The position numbers were made by a program, and so were the translations under genes. A DNA stretch of 20,000 bases from an uncultured virus (IMG/VR IMGVR_UViG_3300042307_001070) (taxonomy: Duplodnaviria > Heunggongvirae > Uroviricota > Caudoviricetes), in IMG/VR virus record IMGVR_UViG_3300042307_001070; one strand, 5' to 3'. The stretch's first letter is position 1; every line of letters starts with the position of its first letter. The notes under the pieces were generated by a model. That model made no database searches and was not told the DNA's origin. It saw only the letters and a list, made by a program, of their open reading frames with translations. Below, piece by piece: positions 13,651 to 20,000 of the stretch.

Positions 13651-14307
13651 ATGAGAAAAAATTTAATTTTAGAAAAAATAATATATAACATAAAAAAAAA
13701 CCTAATCAACGAAAGAAAGTCAGATGAGTTATCAATGAAACTTTCCCGAATGGTTATCAAGCAATTTAAAAAAGATGAGGACTTTGAGTTGTATGATTTA
13801 AGATTTGACAGGGGAGATGAGTATGCGGTCTTTGATTTCAAGTGTTATTTTTTGGAGGATATTGATTTGGACGATCCATTCTCAATACATGCTGAAGCAG
13901 ATATGGAAGAGATATATATTGAGATTACATTCAACCCACAACATTTTCCTGAGAGTATGAGTGATTTGGTTGCTGAAGTGAAAGAAACTATTGAACACGA
14001 GTTAGAACACGTTGAGCAACAAAATTTTGAGGATATGGAATTTGAACGTGAAGATGATATTGAGGACGATGAAGAATACAATTTTAAATACCTGACATCT
14101 AACATAGAAATACCGGCATATGTAAGAGGTTTAATCAAAAGAGCTAACACCAAAAGAATGTCGTTGAAAGATGCGATGGATGAGTGGTTTAAAGAGAACA
14201 AAAGAAAGTTTAAAAATCCGACAACTGATTGGCCAAAAGTTAAAAAAGTTTGGATGAATTATGCTTCTGAAATGAGAGAAAAAGAAAAAATCAAAAAATT
14301 TAATTAA
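13651..14307 (+). CDS. Putative zincin-like protein (HExxH)
   Basis: TIEHELEHVEQ followed by EIPAY; ATATTTAT upstream. Confidence 0.6.
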   Translation: MRKNLILEKIIYNIKKNLINERKSDELSMKLSRMVIKQFKKDEDFELYDLRFDRGDEYAVFDFKCYFLEDIDLDDPFSIHAEADMEEIYIEITFNPQHFPESMSDLVAEVKETIEHELEHVEQQNFEDMEFEREDDIEDDEEYNFKYLTSNIEIPAYVRGLIKRANTKRMSLKDAMDEWFKENKRKFKNPTTDWPKVKKVWMNYASEMREKEKIKKFN

Positions 14308-14310
14308 TTG

Positions 14311-14342
14311 TTTGTTTTATACCAGATGTTTTCCTAACTTTG
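14311..14342 (+). promoter_or_regulatory. Bacteroidota-type promoter
   Basis: TTTG-N20-TAACTTTG. Confidence 0.75.
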
Positions 14343-14356
14343 GTAAAAAATAAATT

Positions 14357-14794
14357 ATGAGTGTTAAAGGTTGGACTAGACGGGTATACAAACGTTTAAA
14401 ATTAAAATGGAATCGATGGGGTAAAACTCCAGGTATGTTTAAATTACCAGAAGAGAGGACGGGTTACGAACATAAATCTATGGCGATCTGCCGTAAGATG
14501 ATTACCCATCCCGATTCAAAATTCACTATCGCACCACTTTCAGGTAAGAGATACATAGTAAACAAAACCCTTGACATTTTTGTGATTATCTTAGACGGTA
14601 AAGTCGAGATCACCAATCACGTATATCATTATGTTATCACATTAAGTAGTGGTGAGATTAAAAAATTAGTAAACTTTTTTGATAGTAAAGTGGATGATAT
14701 TCGTGTAAAATATGAAGAAGAAATCAAATCACAAATCGGAAACACATTAGATAAAATATATGAAAAAATCACAAAACAAGAATCCCTTAATTAA
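14357..14794 (+). CDS. Hypothetical protein
   Basis: 145-aa ORF after promoter. Confidence 0.8.
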   Translation: MSVKGWTRRVYKRLKLKWNRWGKTPGMFKLPEERTGYEHKSMAICRKMITHPDSKFTIAPLSGKRYIVNKTLDIFVIILDGKVEITNHVYHYVITLSSGEIKKLVNFFDSKVDDIRVKYEEEIKSQIGNTLDKIYEKITKQESLN

Positions 14795-14972
14795 CACACC
14801 AAAAGGTGTCGGACAAATTGAAAATCTTTATGTATCTGATCTTGGATTTTTGATGGTGAGGGTTTATTTTGATAACGGCACGTACACAACCTATAATATG
14901 GGAAAACACGATATTCAAAACAACCTGATCACCAACCAATTATTTGAAGATGAAAGTAAAACTTTTGATTGA
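14760..14972 (+). CDS. Hypothetical protein
   Basis: 70-aa ORF in tightly packed run. Confidence 0.7.
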   Translation: MKKSQNKNPLINTPKGVGQIENLYVSDLGFLMVRVYFDNGTYTTYNMGKHDIQNNLITNQLFEDESKTFD

Positions 14973-15099
14973 TAACGAGATCATTGAGGGAGTCGTTGAG
15001 ATTGATGAAAGATTTTATGGTGGTAAAAAAGTAATTTATCAAGATAAAGAAAAAAGAATGTGTGTTATATCAATAAATTTAGTTACTATTGTATTATGA
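14950..15099 (+). CDS. 49-aa hypothetical protein
   Basis: MKVKLLIDNEIIEGVVEIDERF...; ATGA overlap with next gene. Confidence 0.55.
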   Translation: MKVKLLIDNEIIEGVVEIDERFYGGKKVIYQDKEKRMCVISINLVTIVL

Positions 15100-15311
15100 A
15101 AAAATTATTAATTATGTTATGTCTTGTGTCCTGTACATCAAACGGGTACAAGTACAAAATTGAAGGTGTGGTTGAAACAAAAGATGGTGGACATCCAGCA
15201 GTCTGGTATACCGACACAATAAGTTTTGATGGTGATACTGCGTATTACTTTAATAGTGATGGTAGTGAAGTAAGAATTAGTCCTCCATATGTTGTTAAAA
15301 CGATTAAATGA
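15096..15311 (+). CDS. Putative lipoprotein
   Basis: MKKLLIMLCLVSC lipobox-like signal; start moved to 15096. Confidence 0.7.
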   Translation: MKKLLIMLCLVSCTSNGYKYKIEGVVETKDGGHPAVWYTDTISFDGDTAYYFNSDGSEVRISPPYVVKTIK

Positions 15312-15583
15312 TGAATATGAAAGAATTAAATGATAGCGATCTTTTAGATCTTGCTTGGAAAAACTTAGAAATTGCTGATAAACACACATACTCGACAATA
15401 GTTTTAACTGTTGTTGCATTGATACAAGCAATTTTATTATTTTTTAATATAGTTGGGGTTGTTAGTTTTTTAATTGTCTATCCACTTTGTGTATTATTTT
15501 ATCTCTATCACAAATATAAAAGTGAAAAACATTTAAAAATTATTGAAGAATTACTTAAAGAATTTACATCAAGAGGAGTTTGA
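15308..15583 (+). CDS. Two-TM membrane protein
   Basis: Central hydrophobic hairpin. Confidence 0.7.
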   Translation: MMNMKELNDSDLLDLAWKNLEIADKHTYSTIVLTVVALIQAILLFFNIVGVVSFLIVYPLCVLFYLYHKYKSEKHLKIIEELLKEFTSRGV

Positions 15584-15585
15584 TT

Positions 15586-15834
15586 ATGAAGAAAATTATT
15601 TATATATTTGTTCTGTGGTTGGTAACGAGTTGTTCTAACTGGGAATATAAGGAATTTACATATTTAAGATGTAAAAAGTTGGATAAAGTACATGCTCATT
15701 TATATTATCACGAAACGTGTGAGTGGAATTGTTTGAGTATGAACGAGACGTATTCTATTGTTATTGATACTGCTAAATTTAAATATAAGGTAGATAAAAA
15801 CGGTGAAGTAAAAAAAGTAAAACTAATAAAATGA
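15586..15834 (+). CDS. Putative lipoprotein
   Basis: MKKIIYIFVLWLVTSC. Confidence 0.7.
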   Translation: MKKIIYIFVLWLVTSCSNWEYKEFTYLRCKKLDKVHAHLYYHETCEWNCLSMNETYSIVIDTAKFKYKVDKNGEVKKVKLIK

Positions 15835-16094
15835 AGAAAGTATTTTTGGCGATTTTAATGGGTGTTATGGTAACATCTTGTACGGAAAACTCAAGAGTGA
15901 AGAGTTTTGGTGGAGAAGGAACAATCAACCTACCAAAAGGTCGTAAATTAGTGACCGTTACTTGGAAAGAGACTCAGGTTTGGTATTTAACAAGACCAAT
16001 GGATTCAAGCGATGTGGCACAGACATATCAATTCCACGAAGAATCATCTTGGGGTGTAATTGAAGGAACTTATAACATTGTAGAGACTAAATAA
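15831..16094 (+). CDS. Putative lipoprotein
   Basis: MKKVFLAILMGVMVTSC. Confidence 0.78.
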   Translation: MKKVFLAILMGVMVTSCTENSRVKSFGGEGTINLPKGRKLVTVTWKETQVWYLTRPMDSSDVAQTYQFHEESSWGVIEGTYNIVETK

Positions 16095-16095
16095 T

Positions 16096-16353
16096 ATGAC
16101 AGAAAGAGAATTAATACTTTTAGGGTTTAAAAGTGAGGAAATGAGGGAACACGATGAAGACGAGTCTTATTACTACGTTCTTGATATCGTTGACGGATTA
16201 ACCTTTATTACGACATCCAATGAGGAGATAAAGGAAGACAATTGGTATGTTGATTTTTTCAATACTGATCCACTTGTTAGATTTCACGAATTCGGAGAAG
16301 TTCAAGGACTGATAAACCAACTAACAAAAGCAATAGTAAAAAATGGAAAATAA
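16096..16353 (+). CDS. Hypothetical protein
   Basis: 85-aa acidic ORF in operon. Confidence 0.75.
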   Translation: MTERELILLGFKSEEMREHDEDESYYYVLDIVDGLTFITTSNEEIKEDNWYVDFFNTDPLVRFHEFGEVQGLINQLTKAIVKNGK

Positions 16354-16519
16354 AAGATTATTATACAATAGTTTGTCAAACCAACATAGATTAATTACTA
16401 ATCAAATTGGTGATATAAAGGCAAAAAACTTTGAACTAACTGAGGAAGACAAGAAAGAAATCCAAAAGTTAGAAACAAGAATGATTGAGATAACGAACCA
16501 ACTTAAAAGTTTGTTTTAA
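16343..16519 (+). CDS. 58-aa coiled-coil hypothetical protein
   Basis: MENKRLLYNSLSNQHRL...; fills gap between adjacent ORFs. Confidence 0.65.
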   Translation: MENKRLLYNSLSNQHRLITNQIGDIKAKNFELTEEDKKEIQKLETRMIEITNQLKSLF

Positions 16520-16520
16520 G

Positions 16521-17045
16521 ATGAGAAGTATACCAACACACGATCCACAGACCGGAGAACTTAATCCGTATTACGAAGAACTAACAGGTGAGAAAAATCC
16601 ATTATCAAAAGATGTAGAAAATGAAAGTTTTGATATTCCAAGATTTGTTGGTAGAAAATTTAGGTATAATGGAAAATTAATAAAAACCGATGTAAATTAT
16701 CTATTAGAAGACGATAAGGGTGTTGTTGTCGCATCAACATCCACAAAGGAAGGGATTAACGGTTTATCCAAACAAAACTGTGATAAGATATTTGGGGTTA
16801 TTGATGTTGTATATAAACAAGTTAGAAACGGATTTGATGGAGTTATAGATTCATTCACTGAAGCATTTGCTAAAGAATGTATCAACAAAGCAATGGAGTT
16901 ATATCAACCAACGGAAATTGAAGTTGAGATTGAGATGGAATGTTTGGATCCTAATTGTGATGGTATAAACAAGAAAGGTGTTTGTATACCTGGTGATAAA
17001 CCAAAATTAGATGAGAATGGATGTTTAATATTAAAAAAACTATAA
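16521..17045 (+). CDS. Hypothetical protein
   Basis: 174-aa ORF. Confidence 0.75.
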   Translation: MRSIPTHDPQTGELNPYYEELTGEKNPLSKDVENESFDIPRFVGRKFRYNGKLIKTDVNYLLEDDKGVVVASTSTKEGINGLSKQNCDKIFGVIDVVYKQVRNGFDGVIDSFTEAFAKECINKAMELYQPTEIEVEIEMECLDPNCDGINKKGVCIPGDKPKLDENGCLILKKL

Positions 17046-17046
17046 A

Positions 17047-17298
17047 ATGGAAAATAGAAGTACACACTACGGAGACGTATCAAACTGGATTGAAAAGATA
17101 ATTGATTCTTGTGAAACAATAGAACAAACATTTACTGCTAAAAAATTGATTAGTAATTTTGCAAAACAATTAAGAACTAAATCTCCAGATAAATACTGGA
17201 ACAGTTATCAATACACAGTTATTGACCCACTTAATGATTTGGTAAGAATTAAACGACAATCATTCATAAATAAGATTGAGGAACAATGGAAGAAGTAA
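17047..17298 (+). CDS. Hypothetical protein
   Basis: 83-aa ORF. Confidence 0.75.
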   Translation: MENRSTHYGDVSNWIEKIIDSCETIEQTFTAKKLISNFAKQLRTKSPDKYWNSYQYTVIDPLNDLVRIKRQSFINKIEEQWKK

Positions 17299-17603
17299 AA
17301 TATCCAATAGGTGGTTTTGCACCTGGTGACTATATGTGTAAATGCGTAACCTGTAAAGAACAATTTCACGGAGATAAAAGGTCCGTTCAGTGTGAACCTT
17401 GTGCTATTGAAATGGTTAGAACTAAAATAGTTGAAAGTGAGGAAGGTGGATTTGAAATTGAACGTGATTATTTACAGGGATTTATTGATCAGTTCGGAGA
17501 TGGACCATTAGGTGAACTGGATCCAAATGAATGGACGGCACCTGATTTTTTGAGATGGTTAAAACTTAACAAATATAAAATTATAAAAGAAAAGAAAATA
17601 TGA
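17286..17603 (+). CDS. Hypothetical protein with CxxC...CxxC zinc-ribbon motif
   Basis: CVTC-x11-CEPC. Confidence 0.7.
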   Translation: MEEVKYPIGGFAPGDYMCKCVTCKEQFHGDKRSVQCEPCAIEMVRTKIVESEEGGFEIERDYLQGFIDQFGDGPLGELDPNEWTAPDFLRWLKLNKYKIIKEKKI

Positions 17604-17788
17604 ACAACAACCCATTTGATCCAAATATGTTTAAAAATTTGGAAAACGTAATGAAAGGTTTTCAACAACCACAAAACAATAAAGGATTTTTTAATTTTAA
17701 TAAGATTAAAAAATATTTAATAACATTTATTGTTTCAATATTTGTGTCAGGATTTGCGTTAGGATTGGCAATTGGATTATTGTTTTAA
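17600..17788 (+). CDS. Small protein with C-terminal TM
   Basis: Hydrophobic C-terminus. Confidence 0.7.
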   Translation: MNNNPFDPNMFKNLENVMKGFQQPQNNKGFFNFNKIKKYLITFIVSIFVSGFALGLAIGLLF

Positions 17789-17791
17789 ACG

Positions 17792-18040
17792 ATGTTAGAT
17801 AATATAGTAGAATATTACCAAGACGAGGAGATCTTAAAGGCTGATGGGTTTGATGATGCGGTTATTGGTATTGAAAATGGTACTATGAGACTAATATATT
17901 CTGTACGAATGTGTATTGAAATATTGGTATTGGATGGTATGGATATGGTTGATGCTATAGAACATTTTGATTATAATGTTAGAGGGTCGTATGTGGGCGA
18001 AAAAACACCAATATGGTGCGATGATATGTTTGAAATTTAA
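17792..18040 (+). CDS. Hypothetical phage protein
   Basis: 82-aa ORF (ADGFDDAVIG...GSYVGEKTP). Confidence 0.78.
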   Translation: MLDNIVEYYQDEEILKADGFDDAVIGIENGTMRLIYSVRMCIEILVLDGMDMVDAIEHFDYNVRGSYVGEKTPIWCDDMFEI

Positions 18041-18074
18041 TATGGATTCTTTTATACTTAATAAAAAAACTGAT

Positions 18075-18185
18075 ATGATAAAAAAATTAAACAGGTGGTT
18101 TGAACTCAACTGGGGTTGGTTCTTCATCAACGGAAGGAAACAAGAACAATGGAATGAATACTTAAAAAACAAATATAAAAAATGA
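18075..18185 (+). CDS. 36-aa Trp-rich hypothetical protein
   Basis: MIKKLNRWFELNWGWFFINGRK...; ATGA overlap with next ORF. Confidence 0.55.
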   Translation: MIKKLNRWFELNWGWFFINGRKQEQWNEYLKNKYKK

Positions 18186-18328
18186 AAACAATAGAAGTAA
18201 ATTTAGGAATTGGAATGAATATGTTATTCCCCGAAACAGTAAAGATCGTTATTGAAGACGATACAGATGATGAAACAACTAAAAAACCAAGTAAGGTTAA
18301 ACCGGAAATAGAAATAGAAAAGGAGTAG
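18182..18328 (+). CDS. 48-aa hypothetical protein
   Basis: MKTIEVNLGIGMNMLFPE... Confidence 0.55.
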   Translation: MKTIEVNLGIGMNMLFPETVKIVIEDDTDDETTKKPSKVKPEIEIEKE

Positions 18329-18356
18329 GGGTTTACCCCCATTTTAACTAAAATCA

Positions 18357-18388
18357 TTTGTAAAAACCAAAAATCCTCATTATATTTG
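18357..18388 (+). promoter_or_regulatory. Bacteroidota-type promoter
   Basis: TTTG-N20-TATATTTG. Confidence 0.75.
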
Positions 18389-18412
18389 TTCTATAATTAA
18401 AAACAAAATAAA

Positions 18413-18535
18413 ATGAGAAAAAACACGGATTGGAAGGAATTTATTCCACAAGAAACTAAAGATGAATGTACTGATTCATTAAAGCTAAACCTTAAAGAAG
18501 TAGAAGAAAGATTGTATTGTTGGAAGGATATATGA
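18413..18535 (+). CDS. 40-aa hypothetical protein
   Basis: ORF directly after promoter with A-rich leader. Confidence 0.5.
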   Translation: MRKNTDWKEFIPQETKDECTDSLKLNLKEVEERLYCWKDI

Positions 18536-18600
18536 ATTTAGTTAAAAATATAAAATAATTGGTTTTTTTTTTTGATGATATATTTATTATTAAATTTGTA

Positions 18601-18664
18601 TTATGAAAAAAATTATTAGATTAACAGAATCAGATCTAACAAGAATTGTTAGACGAACACTAAA
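18601..18664 (+). repeat. Exact direct repeat (copy at 19288-19351) encoding the MKKIIRLTESDL leader
   Basis: Identical ~64-nt blocks; upstream T-run and GATGATATATTTAT also duplicated. Confidence 0.9.
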
Positions 18665-19193
18665 CGAGATGGAAGATTTTACAAAAGATATTGCAAAAGA
18701 TTTATATTCTAAATTACCAAGAGAAAACTTTACAACTGAAGATTTTATTGAATATATGAAAGATAAAAAAGCTCCAATGTCAGTAATCACAGATGTATTG
18801 GAACATTTAAAAAAAATGGGATTTCCTTTTAGTAAAGTAATTGAAAAAAGTAAAGAAAATTTTAAAAATAATAGAGACAAAAAAATGACAAAATCAAAAA
18901 ATAAAAAAATGGTAACAAAAGAAGATTTAAATAATTATTTAATAGAGTGTGAATGTGATATTTTTATGGATGGGCCATTTATTTATAATAATGAAGAATG
19001 GGAAATTTTTGGTAAGATGTTTATTAAAAGAATTGAAGAAAAATACGATATTAAAGTAAAGTTTAATGAAGATTGGTATGAAAATATATGGAACACAATA
19101 CCGGAGAGTATAACTGATGATGTTGTAGATCTTGGATTGGAGGCGTTGGCTGATTGGATTAATAAATATGATATTGAATGTGATTTAAATTAA
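18603..19193 (+). CDS. Hypothetical protein with RLTESDL leader
   Basis: MKKIIRLTESDLTRIVRRTLNE. Confidence 0.85.
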   Translation: MKKIIRLTESDLTRIVRRTLNEMEDFTKDIAKDLYSKLPRENFTTEDFIEYMKDKKAPMSVITDVLEHLKKMGFPFSKVIEKSKENFKNNRDKKMTKSKNKKMVTKEDLNNYLIECECDIFMDGPFIYNNEEWEIFGKMFIKRIEEKYDIKVKFNEDWYENIWNTIPESITDDVVDLGLEALADWINKYDIECDLN

Positions 19194-19289
19194 AAAATAA
19201 TATAAGTGTTAAAATTTTATGGTTAAATACCAAATTTATTAAAATTACTTGTTTTTTTTTTGATGATATATTTATAATAAAATTAAATT

Positions 19290-19670
19290 ATGAAAAAAAT
19301 TATTAGATTAACAGAATCAGATCTAACAAGAATTGTTAGACGAACACTAAATGAAATGGAGGATAAAAATTGGGATGATCACAAAGAAGAAAACGATTTT
19401 AGTTATTTTGATACCGATATGTATAATGGATTAGATGACGAAGAGTGGGGTGAAACTGATGGAGGTGGAGGTGGAGAAGAACTACAAGATTTGATAAAAG
19501 ATGCGAAAGAATTTTTGGAAAATGAATGTGGGTATGATTTAGATGATATAAATTTAATGAGCGTTGATGATATTGTAGATACAATATTTGATGAAGGAAA
19601 TATTGTGTTAGCTCAAAAAATTGATAACTTATTGGACTTTGATGATTTTAATTTTTTTGGAAATGGTTAG
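19290..19670 (+). CDS. Highly acidic hypothetical protein with RLTESDL leader
   Basis: Same first 24 aa as 18603 ORF, unrelated D/E-rich body. Confidence 0.85.
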   Translation: MKKIIRLTESDLTRIVRRTLNEMEDKNWDDHKEENDFSYFDTDMYNGLDDEEWGETDGGGGGEELQDLIKDAKEFLENECGYDLDDINLMSVDDIVDTIFDEGNIVLAQKIDNLLDFDDFNFFGNG

Positions 19671-19717
19671 TATTCTTATTACCACTAACTTATATATCAA
19701 CACCTTATAAAAAATAA

Positions 19718-19750
19718 CCCCACTTCCTAAAAAGGTGGGGATTTTTATTT
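19718..19750 (+). terminator. Intrinsic terminator
   Basis: CCCCACTT/AGGTGGGG stem with T-rich tail. Confidence 0.7.
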
Positions 19751-19880
19751 GTCAAAACTAAAACAAAAAAAAATAGTATAAGTACTAAACTTTTAGGGAT
19801 AAATACTAATCCAACTAAAAATACTTTTCAAATCAAAATAAATTGTTTAAGTTTGTATAAGAAATTAAAAAATAAATAAA

Positions 19881-20000
19881 ATGGAAAAAGAATTTGTACC
19901 TTATGAGTTGGCGGTTAAACTCAAAACACTTGGATATGATGGACCTTGTTTTGGAGTTTATATTGCAGGTCACTTGATGATAACATATGATTCAATTTAC
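19881..20000 (+). CDS. Hypothetical phage protein, truncated by window edge
   Basis: MEKEFVPYELAVKLKTLGYDGPCF...; TAAGTTTG promoter-like motif at 19848. Confidence 0.7.
   Translation, partial: MEKEFVPYELAVKLKTLGYDGPCFGVYIAGHLMITYDSIY

Noticed and set aside
6683..19584. Antisense and alternate-frame ORFs inside long genes (e.g. 7118-7411, 11525-11785, 13845-14201, 18590-18880)
   Set aside because: They are shadows of better-supported ORFs. 11525-11785 lies antisense to the 55-aa holin.
1..20000. Stop-codon reassignment (code 15 or 4)
   Set aside because: Genes are intact under code 11, with TAA, TGA and TAG all ending ORFs. No CTA or TCA suppressor tRNA was seen.
1..20000. CRISPR array
   Set aside because: No regularly spaced repeat-spacer units. 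The repeats found are promoter or leader duplications and tRNA arms.

Overview
AT-rich segment of a large, probably lytic dsDNA phage (jumbo-phage-like). The host is probably Bacteroidota: several promoters match TTTG-N20-TAnnTTTG, and leaders are A-rich without Shine-Dalgarno sites. Bases 1-6040 form a tRNA/ncRNA cluster of about 16 tRNAs, several structurally atypical. It also holds four tRNA-like RNAs with missing, swapped or doubled arms and several large structured intergenic RNAs; two of these flank tRNA-Asp and are complementary across it. The cluster further contains an HNH endonuclease, a YkuK-like RNase H, three boxA-like sites and a candidate leader-peptide attenuator. Bases 6456-12473 are a cell-envelope/lysis region: a divergent L,D-transpeptidase-like gene, then a PAS-PAS histidine kinase, a single-domain response regulator, a coiled-coil membrane protein and a GH19 endolysin, followed by a small holin and a TM+GAF-like protein. 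This is a candidate phage-encoded two-component system wired to lysis. The rest encodes a CAP-domain protein, a HExxH protein, lipoproteins and small hypotheticals. Five ORFs share an N-terminal 'RLTExDLxRIV' leader, four of them directly behind a recurring ATATTTAT motif. All RNA folds were read by eye and no database search was run.
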